From: Acidobacteriota bacterium | GTDB lineage: Bacteria; Acidobacteriota; Polarisedimenticolia; Polarisedimenticolales; DASRJG01 | Assembly (NCBI GenBank): GCA_043740355.1 | Contig: JAYUCM010000095.1 | Coordinates: forward strand, 1-33,791 | Length of the DNA stretch: 33,791 nt | Direction: 5' to 3' | Notes under the pieces: generated by a model | Told to the model about the DNA's origin: nothing | Seen by the model: the letters and a program-made list of their open reading frames with translations, nothing else | Databases searched by the model: none | Made by a program: the position numbers and the translations under genes | Shown: piece after piece, positions 13,078-24,238 of the stretch | Position numbering within the stretch: position 1 is the first letter of the stretch | Layout of the letters: each line of letters begins with the position of its first letter

Positions 13078-14327
13078 CCGCGGAACACCTCGACGCATTT
13101 CGTCAATCCGGCGAGGAGCGCGTCGCACTCGTCGAGCGTGTTGTACATCGCGAACGAGGCGCGGATCGTCGCCGGCACCCCGAAGCGGGCCATCAGCGGC
13201 TGCGCGCAGTGGTGTCCGGCTCGCACCGCGATGCCCTCGAGATCGAGGATCGTCCCGGCGTCGTGCGGGTGAACGCCGTCGATCGTCATCGAGAGCACGG
13301 CCACGCGCTCCTTCGGGTTTCCGGTCAGCCGGACCGCAGGGAGGGTCGCAATCCCGGCGAGGACGCGATCGAGGAGCTTGCGTTCGTGCGCGGCGATCGC
13401 GTCGTAGCCGATCCCCGTGACGTAGTCGATGGCGGAGGCTAAGCCGAGCGTGCCGGCGATGTTGGTGGTGCCGGCCTCGAACTTGAACGGGAGCGGCGCG
13501 TACGTGGTCTTTTCGAAGGTGACGCGCTCGATCATGTTGCCGCCGCCCTGGTACGGAGGCATCGCGTCGAGAAGCTCTTCGCGCCCCCACAGGACGCCGA
13601 TCCCGGTCGGCCCGAACAGCTTGTGACCCGAAAAGACGTAGAAGTCGCAGCCGAGCTGCTGCACGTCGACCGCGTGATGGGAGATCGTCTGCGCGCCGTC
13701 GAGCAGGACCGGAACGCCGTGCGACCGGGCCATCGCGACGAGCTTCTTCACGGGGTTCACGGTGCCCAGCGCGTTCGAGACGTGAATCACGGAGAGGATC
13801 TTGGTGCGCGGCGTGAACAGCCTCTCGGCCGCTTCGAGGTCGAGCTCGCCGTCGTCGTCGACCGGGATCACGCGCAAGGCGGCGCCCGCCGCTTCGCAGG
13901 CCAACTGCCACGGGACGATGCCCGAGTGATGCTCCATCTCGGAAATCAGGACCTCGTCGCCGGGGCCCAGGTTCGCACGCCCCCAGCTCGACGCGACGAG
14001 GTTGATCGCCTCGGTCGTGCCGCGGACGAAGACGATCTCCTTCGCGCTGCGCGCGTTGACGAAGCCGGCGACTCGGGCGCGCGCGCGGTCGTAGCTTTCG
14101 GTCGCCTCCTGGCTGAGGAGGTAGACGCCGCGATGGATGTTCGAGTACTGCTCCTCGTAGAAACGCGCCTCCGTTGCGATCACCGATCGGGGCTTCTGCG
14201 TCGAGTTCGCGTTGTCGAGGTAGACCAGCGGACGGCCGCGGGTCATCCGGGAGAGCATCGGGAAGTCCTGCCGCACGCGCGTCACGTCGAGCGCCGCTGC
14301 GACGGCTTTGGCCTCCCCGGGTCTCAC
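13074..14327 (-). CDS. sufS: Cysteine desulfurase SufS
   Basis: Motifs: VYLDNANSTQKP, HRGVY.LS, SGHKL.GPTGIGVLWG, RAGHHCAQPL. I prefer the GTG start at 14327, which overlaps the sufD stop (GTGA). The N-terminal extension in the ORF track is an Arg-rich artefact. Confidence 0.9.
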   Translation of the reverse strand: MRPGEAKAVAAALDVTRVRQDFPMLSRMTRGRPLVYLDNANSTQKPRSVIATEARFYEEQYSNIHRGVYLLSQEATESYDRARARVAGFVNARSAKEIVFVRGTTEAINLVASSWGRANLGPGDEVLISEMEHHSGIVPWQLACEAAGAALRVIPVDDDGELDLEAAERLFTPRTKILSVIHVSNALGTVNPVKKLVAMARSHGVPVLLDGAQTISHHAVDVQQLGCDFYVFSGHKLFGPTGIGVLWGREELLDAMPPYQGGGNMIERVTFEKTTYAPLPFKFEAGTTNIAGTLGLASAIDYVTGIGYDAIAAHERKLLDRVLAGIATLPAVRLTGNPKERVAVLSMTIDGVHPHDAGTILDLEGIAVRAGHHCAQPLMARFGVPATIRASFAMYNTLDECDALLAGLTKCVEVFRG

Positions 14328-15613
14328 GCCACGGCCTCGACGCCCCGCAGATCGCCCGCAAGGCGCTCGTGAAGGATGTCCGAGAGGATCGTTCGCAACG
14401 CGGGGACGGGGATGATGTCGATCAGGTCGCCGGCGAACGCCCGGACCAGGACGTTGCGCGCGTCGTCGTTCCCGATGCCGCGCGTGCGAAGGTAGAAGAG
14501 CGCGGCCTCGTCGAGGCGGCCGATGGTGGCGCCGTGAGTGCACTTGACGTCGTTCGCGTGGATTTCGAGCTGCGGCCGCGTATGGACCACCGCTTTGTCA
14601 CCGAGAATCAAGTTCTTGTTCGATTGCTTGGCGTCCGTCTTCTGGGCGCCCTCGCGGACGACGATGCGGCCGTTGAACACCGCCCGGCTCGCCCCCCCCA
14701 GAAGGCCCTTGTACATCTCCCAGCTGGGGCAGTGGGGCATCGCGTGGTCGAGCCACGTGTGATTGTCGACGTGCTGCGCGCCGTCCACGACGTAGAGCCC
14801 GTAGAGACGGCACTCCGCTCCGGGGCCGTCGAGGCGCGACCCGATGTCGTTCCTGCTGAGCGCCGCGCCGAACGAGATGTTGTGCGAGACGAGCCGGGCC
14901 CCCTGCGCCTGGTGGCCCGAAACCGAGGCCACGTGCCAGCCCGAAGCCGTCTCGGTCTGGATCTTCACGTGCGTCACGCGCGCGTCGTCTTTCGCGATGA
15001 TCTCCGTCACCGCGTTGGTCAGATACGTTCCCGCTCGTAGGCCCACGAACGACTCGACCAGCGTCAGCCCGGATCCGGCTTCGGCGATCACGAGCGTGCG
15101 GGGGTGGATGGCCGCGGGGGTTGCCGTCGGGCAGGCGACGTGAACGATGTGCACCGGGATCGAGGCGTCGACGCCCGCGTCGACCGTCACGACGATGCCG
15201 TCCGTGAAGCTCGCGGTATTCAACGCGACGAAGGCAGCGCTCTCGCCGGATGCGGCGCGCCCGAGGTGCGGCTCGAGGGTCGCCCCTGCCTCCGCGAGCG
15301 CGGCGGCAAGGCCACGCACGCGCACACCCCGTGGGACCGTCGTCAGCTCGGAGAGCGCCTCGTCGAAGCGGCCGTTGACGAGAACCGCGCGGCACGGGAG
15401 GGCCGCGGCGAGAGGGACCGCGTCGAGCGCGGCAGCGGAGACGACGGCCCGTGCCGCCTGGGTCGCGGCGAACGGGGAGACCTGCCGGACGTCGGTCTGA
15501 CGCCAGTCCTCGTCGGTGGGTTTCGGGATGCCCAAAACGTCGAACCGGGCCTGCGCTTCGCTTCGGAGACGGGCGAGCCAGCCGGTCGCCTCGACGGAGG
15601 CGATCCGGCTCAT
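14324..15613 (-). CDS. sufD: Fe-S cluster assembly protein SufD
   Basis: 429 aa from ATG 15613 (ATGA overlap with the sufC stop). The C-terminal pattern is SufBD-family: KQSNKNLILGDKAVVHTRPQLEIHANDVKCTHGATIGRLDEAALFYLRTRGI. Confidence 0.85.
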   Translation of the reverse strand: MSRIASVEATGWLARLRSEAQARFDVLGIPKPTDEDWRQTDVRQVSPFAATQAARAVVSAAALDAVPLAAALPCRAVLVNGRFDEALSELTTVPRGVRVRGLAAALAEAGATLEPHLGRAASGESAAFVALNTASFTDGIVVTVDAGVDASIPVHIVHVACPTATPAAIHPRTLVIAEAGSGLTLVESFVGLRAGTYLTNAVTEIIAKDDARVTHVKIQTETASGWHVASVSGHQAQGARLVSHNISFGAALSRNDIGSRLDGPGAECRLYGLYVVDGAQHVDNHTWLDHAMPHCPSWEMYKGLLGGASRAVFNGRIVVREGAQKTDAKQSNKNLILGDKAVVHTRPQLEIHANDVKCTHGATIGRLDEAALFYLRTRGIGNDDARNVLVRAFAGDLIDIIPVPALRTILSDILHERLAGDLRGVEAVA

Positions 15614-16362
15614 CGCGCGACCTCCTCCTCGAGCCACGCGTACCCCTTCTTTTCGAGCTCGAGCGCCAACGACCGATCGCCGGAGCGGACGATCCGGCCG
15701 TCCGCCAGGACGTGGACGCGGTCGGGCACGATGTAATCGAGGAGGCGCTGGTAGTGCGTGACGACGACGATGGCGCGCGTCTTGGAGCGCATCGCGTTGA
15801 CCCCCTTGGCGACGATCTTGAGAGCGTCGATGTCGAGGCCGGAATCGGTTTCGTCCAGGATCGCGAGCTTCGGGTCCAGAACCGCCATCTGGAAGATCTC
15901 GTTCCGCTTCTTCTCGCCCCCGGAAAACCCTTCGTTGACCGAGCGGTTGAGGAAGCTCTCGTCCATTTCGACCACTTTCAGCTTCTCGCGGACGTGCGCG
16001 AGAAAGTCGATCGCGTCGAGCTCGTCCAACCCTTGGTGCTTGCGGATGGCGTTCAACGCCGCCTTGAGGAAATAGACGTTGCCGACGCCCGGGATCTCGA
16101 CCGGGTACTGGAAGGCGAGGAAGATCCCGAGGCGGGCGCGGTCCTCGGGCTGCAGCTCGGCAAGGTCCTTTCCATCGAGGAGGACGCGTCCCTCCGTCAC
16201 CGTGTACGACTCGCGGCCGGCGAGCACCTGCGCGAGCGTGCTCTTGCCGGAACCGTTCGGTCCCATGATGGCGTGGACCTCACCGGCGTTCACGGTGAGG
16301 TCGATGCCCTTCAATATCTCCTTGCCGTTGACCGCGGCCTTCAGGTTCTCGATCTGCAGCAT
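15610..16362 (-). CDS. sufC: Fe-S cluster assembly ATPase SufC
   Basis: 250 aa. Walker A is GPNGSGKST, the signature is FSGGEKKRNEI, and Walker B is LAILDETDSGLD. The remainder of the 495-aa track ORF is an out-of-frame shadow over sufB. Confidence 0.95.
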   Translation of the reverse strand: MLQIENLKAAVNGKEILKGIDLTVNAGEVHAIMGPNGSGKSTLAQVLAGRESYTVTEGRVLLDGKDLAELQPEDRARLGIFLAFQYPVEIPGVGNVYFLKAALNAIRKHQGLDELDAIDFLAHVREKLKVVEMDESFLNRSVNEGFSGGEKKRNEIFQMAVLDPKLAILDETDSGLDIDALKIVAKGVNAMRSKTRAIVVVTHYQRLLDYIVPDRVHVLADGRIVRSGDRSLALELEKKGYAWLEEEVAR

Positions 16363-16364
16363 GG

Positions 16365-17806
<1,442 letters not shown>

Positions 17807-17810
<4 letters not shown>

Positions 17811-18271
17811 AGGGGCCTTCCGATCTGCGACGTCACGTTCAGGAGTCGAACGTCGGAGTGGTGCATCTGCGGCATGACCATGTCGGAAAGCGGAATTCTA
17901 TCGAGCGCGTCCAGCATCGCCAGACTGATGCGCTTCCAGTTCGATTGCACGGGGCACGACCCCTCCTGCTCGCACGCTCCCGGGTTGAACGAGCACTCGG
18001 TGATTCCGAACGGCCCCTCGAGGGCCTGGATCACGTCGCCGAGGCTGATGTGATCGGCCGCTGCGGCGAGGCGGTAGCCTCCCTTGACGCCCCGGTGCGA
18101 GACGAGCAACCCCCCCTTGGCGAGCGCTTTCAGGATCTTGCTGGTCATGGGCAGGGGGATCTTCGACTGTTGCGCCGCGTGCTTGGCGGTGTGAACCTCC
18201 GCCATGGGCCGGCTCGCCATCTGCGACAGGAGGAGGATGCCGTAGTCCGTTTGACGTGTTATTCGGATCAT
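17807..18271 (-). CDS. Rrf2-family transcriptional regulator (IscR/SufR-like, three-Cys cluster ligands)
   Basis: [15 protein letters not shown]...[25 protein letters not shown] is the Rrf2 wHTH. The Cys triad lies in [15 protein letters not shown]. Its stop overlaps the sufB start by 4 nt. Confidence 0.85.
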
Positions 18272-18353
18272 TTCAAGCGCTCCAGCTCAAACAGTACCAC
18301 CACGGTACCATTTCGCCAAGGTAACATTGCAGCTGGTTCCCGGGAGGTTTCCC

Positions 18354-21300
18354 TTGACGACGCCCCACGCCCGAAGCAGCGCGTGCGCGATTCTGGTCTC
18401 CGCCGCGATCTGGGGCGCAAACGCCGCTCCCGAGCCCGCACCGGCCCGCTGGCTGAGGATCGACTACGGCGCCCTGGTCGACGGGCGGAAGCTGACGCAC
18501 TCGGGCGAGCCGGTCGGTGTGCTGCTCGGCCGGCTGGGCGGCCGGCCCATGCCCGCAAACGGGGAGCGACGCGAGGACGCGCTCGCCTACCACCTTCTCG
18601 ATCCGAATCTCGAACCCTACGCGTTCGTGCTCTCCGACGCGCTCGATTCCCTGTCGCCCCCGCCCGATCTGCCGATGGTCGAAGTGGGGTCGTTGTGGGA
18701 AGCCGGGGAGGCGCAGCCCGCGTGGGTCGAGCTCGTTCGGGCCCGACGCTTCGTGTTGGAAAGCGACGGCGCGGGGCATCTGAGGGCCTGTCTGCCCGCG
18801 GCATCGCTCGAAGCGGCGTCCGGCGACGTGCCGGATCGGAAGGACCCCGTCGCCACAGCGGAGGAGGCCTGGAACGAGGCGTGGCCCGTATTGCGTCATG
18901 CGCTAGCAGGAGAGCGCCGCCGCCTCGGCAGACAGCGCGGAGGCGACCCGCCGGTGCTCGACGTCGAAGTGCACGCCTACCGGCATCTCGTGGCGCAAAG
19001 CGTGATCGATCTCGGGGTGACCGCCTGGCGCACGAAGGTGAAAGACACCGCCCCGACGGCGGATCGTCCGCCGCTCGACCTCGCCCGGCTTCAGACGATC
19101 CTCGATCGCGGGCTGAGGATCGAAGGCGCGCGGCTCGAGCCCGGCGGGACGGTTCGCTGGTTCACGAGCGAGTCCGAGACGAAGCCCACGATCCTCGGCC
19201 GCGCTCTCGAGCTAGCCGATCTCGCCGTCGCCTATCGGGCGGTCGCCCGCGGGGGGAGCGGAGAGCCGTACATGAGCCTCGACCGGGCCGCCTCGCCGCA
19301 CCTCGCCAACGTGAACTACGGAGGGCGATTGCGCGACACCGCGCTCGGCATGGTCAGCCTCCTCTCCGACGTCCGGTTCAAGACGTTCAGCATCGGCATC
19401 GACCTTCTGGGAGACGGGGACGTGCGCGATGCGGTGCGGCGTTCGCTCCCCGAGTTCCGGACCCATCTCGAGCGATTCGCCTCCGACCCCACCGCGGGCG
19501 CGGTCTTGAATCAACAGACACGCTTCTGGTTCTACCCCGACGACGTCGACCTCGTCCTCTCGACGGAAGGGGACGTCCTGGCGTTTCGCAAGGTCCGCAT
19601 GACCGCCGCCTCCGAACACGTGAAGGACCAAGGGCAAGCGCCGTCGGATCCTCCGTGGACGAAGGACAACGTCGCCTATCTCAACGCTCACTACGAAGGC
19701 CTCGCCAAGCTCTTCCCGGAGATGGCCGATCTCGACGAGTCGGTGCGCCTCCTCTCGGTGTTCACCTGGCTCGAAGCGGCGCGGGGCCGGGGACTGAGCG
19801 TCCCCGACCTCGACGTGCTGCTGGCACTCGAGCTCCCCGCGCTCCCAACACCGCGACATTTCCCCGAGCTTCTCAGCCACGACGTGCTCCCGGCGCCGGC
19901 GGCCGGCGGAATCGTCGACGTGCTCGACCGCACGGACGTCGGCGCGGCGATCGACCGCCTCGAGCCGCGCGGCGCGCGACCGCTCCCCGCAGCCAGGCGG
20001 TTCGCCCGTGATCGCGCCATGCTCAATCCCCAGATTCCAGACCAGGCGGCGCTCGCGAAGGACATGGGAGCGCTCGCCGCCGATGCGAGCGCCTACGAGC
20101 AAGACCTCTTGTCGTATCGGGCCCAGCGGCTGCTGATGCACGCGCGCGTCCTGGCGACCATCCCGCCGGAGCGCCGCGCCTCGGTCGAGGCGCGCCGCAA
20201 GCGGGAGCCTTCGACGCGCGTCTTCAGCGTGGGGATCGGGGGTGTGGACCTCGGCATGAGCGCGGTCCTCGCGCGAGCGTCGGCTCGCGGCGGCCGCTTG
20301 GGGCTCGTCGCGAGTGGAGGCAAGGCGACGGAGCAGGCGCCCGCCGCTCGATCCGCAACCGGGCCGCCCGCGGCGGTCGGCGATCCCCCCGGGCTTCCGG
20401 CGACCGAGTGGCCCGATCACGGCCTCGGGCAGGTGGAAGCGCGAACGGTCACGAAGCTCCCCGACGGAAGGGGGACGATTCTCGCGCGGCGCCGATCGGG
20501 CTCTCTCGTGCGCAAGGGGACCTATGCGCCGGCGAGCGCCGCGCCCGTCGCCTGGGAAGAGGTCGTGCTCGGGATGGAGGGGCCGGAAGCGCGCGCGCGT
20601 CGCCGCGTGGCGGATCCCGCGGGCAAGAACCCGGTGTTCGAGCGCGTCGAAGAGGAGCGGTTCTTACGATACGGATTCGAGCGCTCCGGCAACACGCTGC
20701 GCGCGACGCTCTCTGTCGCCGCCCCGCCCGGCCAGGCGTTCGACGCCCCGGCGCCGCCGGCAGCAGCGGTCGCCGCCCTGCCCCCCGGATTGACTCTGAT
20801 GGACCTCCTGCCCCCCGCCGAGGCTCCTCCCGCGGACGACCGGGGCGAGCCTCCCTCGGTGCGCGTTCGGCTCCGCGGCGCCGACGGACGCGAACGCGTC
20901 GCCGCGCTGCCCCGTTCGCTGCTGCAGCGCCTCGTGCGCGGCCGCGAGGTCGACATGACCCCCGATCGACCGCTCCAAGCGTTGACGCCGGCGGCCGAGG
21001 TGCTCGGGACGTCGCACACGCTGATGGTCGTCGCATCCGCGGACGAAACGCGGCCGCCGTGGTCCGGTCCGATTCCGGAGCGGCCGGGCGAGGAGGATGC
21101 GGCGCGCCTGGCCGGAGCGTTGGGTCGCTGGTGGTCCGCCGATCCGTCTTCATCCGCGGCTGCGGTGTGCGGCGTGGACCCGCTGACTTCGCCGGCGCGC
21201 TGGGCGCGGGCTCCTCTCCTCGACGGCAAGCTCGCGGTCGTCGCGCCGGAGAACGCCTTCCCCGCGCAGGCGGCATCGCTGCGCGCCGGTCTCGAAGGAC

Positions 21301-21632
21301 TTCCCGGCGGCGTGGGTGCTTCGATCGTCGTGATCGTGAGCGCGGAGCCCCCCGGAGTGCTCGGGCGAAGGCTGCGATCGCTCGCCACGGATCCGGAGTA
21401 CGCCGGGAGGATCCTGGCGGTTCTGTCGCTCGCCGGGCCGCTCCGCGGCGACCTTCCCGCGTCGATGCTCGGAGAAGGGCGCCTTGCCGGCTTCGGCCTC
21501 TACGAGGCAGGCCCCGTCGGGCTTGCGAAATCGATCTCGGAGGTTGCCCGATTCGCGCGAAGTGCTACGAGCGACGCGTCGAAGGGACGGCGCGTCGAGG
21601 ATCTCCCCGGCCCTTTCACCTGGTTCTACTGA
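18354..21632 (+). CDS. Large secreted hypothetical protein (about 1,092 aa), no family recognised
   Basis: The frame is continuous with G/C-rich third codon positions. I prefer the TTG start at 18354, with GGGAGG 6 nt upstream, which gives the signal peptide TTPHARSSACAILVSAAIWGANA/A. The ORF-track start is 18327 (also TTG). Confidence 0.7.
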   Translation: MTTPHARSSACAILVSAAIWGANAAPEPAPARWLRIDYGALVDGRKLTHSGEPVGVLLGRLGGRPMPANGERREDALAYHLLDPNLEPYAFVLSDALDSLSPPPDLPMVEVGSLWEAGEAQPAWVELVRARRFVLESDGAGHLRACLPAASLEAASGDVPDRKDPVATAEEAWNEAWPVLRHALAGERRRLGRQRGGDPPVLDVEVHAYRHLVAQSVIDLGVTAWRTKVKDTAPTADRPPLDLARLQTILDRGLRIEGARLEPGGTVRWFTSESETKPTILGRALELADLAVAYRAVARGGSGEPYMSLDRAASPHLANVNYGGRLRDTALGMVSLLSDVRFKTFSIGIDLLGDGDVRDAVRRSLPEFRTHLERFASDPTAGAVLNQQTRFWFYPDDVDLVLSTEGDVLAFRKVRMTAASEHVKDQGQAPSDPPWTKDNVAYLNAHYEGLAKLFPEMADLDESVRLLSVFTWLEAARGRGLSVPDLDVLLALELPALPTPRHFPELLSHDVLPAPAAGGIVDVLDRTDVGAAIDRLEPRGARPLPAARRFARDRAMLNPQIPDQAALAKDMGALAADASAYEQDLLSYRAQRLLMHARVLATIPPERRASVEARRKREPSTRVFSVGIGGVDLGMSAVLARASARGGRLGLVASGGKATEQAPAARSATGPPAAVGDPPGLPATEWPDHGLGQVEARTVTKLPDGRGTILARRRSGSLVRKGTYAPASAAPVAWEEVVLGMEGPEARARRRVADPAGKNPVFERVEEERFLRYGFERSGNTLRATLSVAAPPGQAFDAPAPPAAAVAALPPGLTLMDLLPPAEAPPADDRGEPPSVRVRLRGADGRERVAALPRSLLQRLVRGREVDMTPDRPLQALTPAAEVLGTSHTLMVVASADETRPPWSGPIPERPGEEDAARLAGALGRWWSADPSSSAAAVCGVDPLTSPARWARAPLLDGKLAVVAPENAFPAQAASLRAGLEGLPGGVGASIVVIVSAEPPGVLGRRLRSLATDPEYAGRILAVLSLAGPLRGDLPASMLGEGRLAGFGLYEAGPVGLAKSISEVARFARSATSDASKGRRVEDLPGPFTWFY

Positions 21633-22246
21633 AGATCTGGGACCAGCGCGTCGAGCTGCCGGTCGTGCGCCCGGGCGAGGGTCAGCTGCCCGACGATCGC
21701 CCCGATCCCGGCGAGCAACATGTCCTTTTGCGTGTCCCACGGGTCGCCCTGGGTGCCGAGGAAGGCGTCCGCGGCCGAGCCCGAAGCCGCCGCCGTGCTC
21801 CATTCGATGAGCTCGTAGACCGCGCTGATCGCAAGACAGACGCAGGTGACGAGGAAGAACAGCCAGCCCCCGCGCCGAAGCGGCGTCTTCCGCAGCAGGA
21901 CCTCGCGGGCCAAGATCGCGGGCACGAGCCCCTGCGCGAAATGACCGAGGCGGTCGTAGTGATTGCGAGCGAGATGGAAGGCGTCCCGGATCCAGTCGAA
22001 CAACGGGACCTCCGCGTAGGTGTACCGTCCGCCGACCATGAGGATGGTCGCGTGAACGGCGATGAGGGCGTAAGCGAGCATCGTCAGCGGGAAGCGGCGC
22101 CGCGTCGCGACGAGGAGGGGCACCGCGGCGATGACCGGGAAGACCTCGAGAACCCAGGTCAGACGATCCTTCGGGGACCACCCCGACCAGAGGAAGACGC
22201 CGGCGACGCCCGCCAGGAGAGCCGCTGTCGCCGCGTCGCGTTTCAT
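21626..22246 (-). CDS. DUF2238-family inner membrane protein (YjdF-like)
   Basis: Motifs: RNHYDRLGHFAQG, AVYELIEW, FLGTQGDPWDTQKDM. There are multiple TM helices. I prefer the ATG at 22246. Confidence 0.8.
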   Translation of the reverse strand: MKRDAATAALLAGVAGVFLWSGWSPKDRLTWVLEVFPVIAAVPLLVATRRRFPLTMLAYALIAVHATILMVGGRYTYAEVPLFDWIRDAFHLARNHYDRLGHFAQGLVPAILAREVLLRKTPLRRGGWLFFLVTCVCLAISAVYELIEWSTAAASGSAADAFLGTQGDPWDTQKDMLLAGIGAIVGQLTLARAHDRQLDALVPDLQ

Positions 22247-22296
22247 CGTGCTAGGGTGCGCCGTTCGTTTTTCCGCGGCGAGCGAGGAGAGCACCC

Positions 22297-22776
22297 ATGA
22301 AAATCGAGCGAGGGCGCATCGTCCGCATGCACTACACGCTGCGCGACGAGCTCGGCACGACGATCGAAAGCAGCGGAGAACGCGAGCCGCTGTCGTACCT
22401 TCACGGCTACGGACACCTCATCCCCGGACTCGAGAAGACCCTCGACGGCTCCCAGGCCGGCCTTCGGACGACCGTGACCATCATGCCGCAGGACGCCTAC
22501 GGCGAGAAGGACCCGCAAGCGGTGATTCGCGCTCCGCGGAACGACTTCCCGGAGGGCTTGACGCTCGAGCCCGGCGTCGAGGTGCAGGCCGACACCCCCG
22601 ACGGGCCGATCACGTTCACCGTCATCGCGGTCGAGGACGACGAAGCCGTCCTCGACGCCAACCATCCTCTCGCGGGAAAAACGTTGACCTTCGACGTCGA
22701 GGTGCTCGAGGTCCGCGAGGCCACCGCCGAAGAGCTCGCGCACGGCCACGTGCACGGACCCGGCGGCCACCATTAG
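22297..22776 (+). CDS. slyD: FKBP-type peptidyl-prolyl isomerase SlyD with His-rich tail
   Basis: Motifs: VRMHYTLRDELG, YLHGYGHLIPGLEKTL, an IF-domain insert, NHPLAGKTLTFDVEVLEVREAT, and the tail HGHVHGPGGHH. Confidence 0.9.
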   Translation: MKIERGRIVRMHYTLRDELGTTIESSGEREPLSYLHGYGHLIPGLEKTLDGSQAGLRTTVTIMPQDAYGEKDPQAVIRAPRNDFPEGLTLEPGVEVQADTPDGPITFTVIAVEDDEAVLDANHPLAGKTLTFDVEVLEVREATAEELAHGHVHGPGGHH

Positions 22777-24041
22777 CTGTCGCGCAGGAGCGGGTGCGTC
22801 AGGCAGTGAGGGCCGCCCCGCGCGCGCGAGAGCTCGTGGCTCGCAAGCGAGATGCACACGCGATCTTCCGCATCGAGATCGACCTCCTCGCGCCCCAAGA
22901 GGAGGTCTTCGGCCTCGACGATGCGGAAGCCGCGGCGCGACAGCTCCTCCATCGTGCCCCGGTTGCGGTCGTACATCGCGATCACGCCGGGAGACAGGGC
23001 CAGCGCATTCGCGCCGTCGGTCCACTGCTCGCGCTGCTGCGCGATCGGGTCGTCGCCGCCGCACGAGATCGGCTCGAATGCGGCGCCGCGACGGCGGAGA
23101 GACGACAGAAGATCGCTCCGTGAAGCCCAGCTGCGGTCTTTCGAGCGGAGGTCGATCTCGTAGACCGTCGCCTTTTCGGAGCCCTGGTGGACGAGCACGG
23201 GCAGGAAGACGAGCGCCAGCTCGCGATCGACCGGCGTGAACACCGTGTCGAGGTGCATGTAGGCGCGTCGCCGTGGAAGCTCGACGACGACCAGGAATCG
23301 CGGCCCGTCCGCGGCCGACGCGAGGGCCGCCGCGAGGTCTTCGATGCCGAGGCGGTTCGTCCGCTCGGACATACCGACCGCGATCACCTCGGGCGAAAGG
23401 ACGACCACGTCGCCCCCTTCGATGCATGCGTGCCCGGCACCGGCGACGTGCGATCGCTCGAAGTCGGTTGCGGCCGGCTCGTGGAGCCTGGGGGCGGAGG
23501 CGAGGTCCGGATGGAAGCGGAACAGGACGCGGGCGAGCTGGGCCTCGCGCTCGCGCGCGGCGCTCGCCATCGACGCGAACACGACGCCGGAGCCGATCAC
23601 GATCTGCGGGTCGCGCTGAAAGCACCAGTTGGGAAGCGGCGGGACCTCGAACAGGTCGGTGATGTCCAGGATCTGCGCGGAACCCGGGGGGAGCCGCAAG
23701 CCTGAGACGAGCGCCGCCGCGAGCTGCGCGGGCGGAGCGTCGACGAGGCGCGCGCGCAAGCCCACCGGTCCCGCAGGAAGCATCGCGTCCAGCGTGAACC
23801 GGCGTGCGGTCGTGTCGTGCAAGACATCTTCGAGCAGATCCTGGGCGTCCAAGACCTCGACCCCCAGCACCTGGAGGACGCGACGGAAAAGCGCGTGCTC
23901 CTCGCGCGCACGGTCGCCGTAAAGGATGTCGTCGAAGAGCAGATCCTCCAGCATGGACGGGACCATGGCGTCGATCTCGGGGCCGGGCTGGTGCATCAGC
24001 ACCTTGCGAAGACGGCCGACTTCGGAGGTGACGTTCACCAT
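22773..24041 (-). CDS. arcA: Arginine deiminase family protein
   Basis: 422 aa from ATG 24041. Motifs: SEVGRLRKVLMHQPGPE, MHLDTVFTPV, QWTDGANALALSPGVIAMYDRN, and the catalytic-Cys motif RGGPHCLTHPL. The upstream 850 codons of the 1278-aa track ORF are a shadow frame over the ABC genes. Confidence 0.85.
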   Translation of the reverse strand: MVNVTSEVGRLRKVLMHQPGPEIDAMVPSMLEDLLFDDILYGDRAREEHALFRRVLQVLGVEVLDAQDLLEDVLHDTTARRFTLDAMLPAGPVGLRARLVDAPPAQLAAALVSGLRLPPGSAQILDITDLFEVPPLPNWCFQRDPQIVIGSGVVFASMASAAREREAQLARVLFRFHPDLASAPRLHEPAATDFERSHVAGAGHACIEGGDVVVLSPEVIAVGMSERTNRLGIEDLAAALASAADGPRFLVVVELPRRRAYMHLDTVFTPVDRELALVFLPVLVHQGSEKATVYEIDLRSKDRSWASRSDLLSSLRRRGAAFEPISCGGDDPIAQQREQWTDGANALALSPGVIAMYDRNRGTMEELSRRGFRIVEAEDLLLGREEVDLDAEDRVCISLASHELSRARGGPHCLTHPLLRDS

Positions 24042-24238
24042 GGGCGCTCCCGGTGCGAAGCCCCCGATTCTAGCAACACCGGGCTCGTAGCCCGCGCACG
24101 CGAGCACCGGAAGATGCGGGTACTTCTCGAACCGCGGATCGGACGCGGACCTTGCGCACATCGTGAAGGAGGCAGCCCGGCGCGTCGGAACGCGCCGTGC
24201 GAACGCGCACGTCGCGCACAAACCCGAAGGCGGGCACG

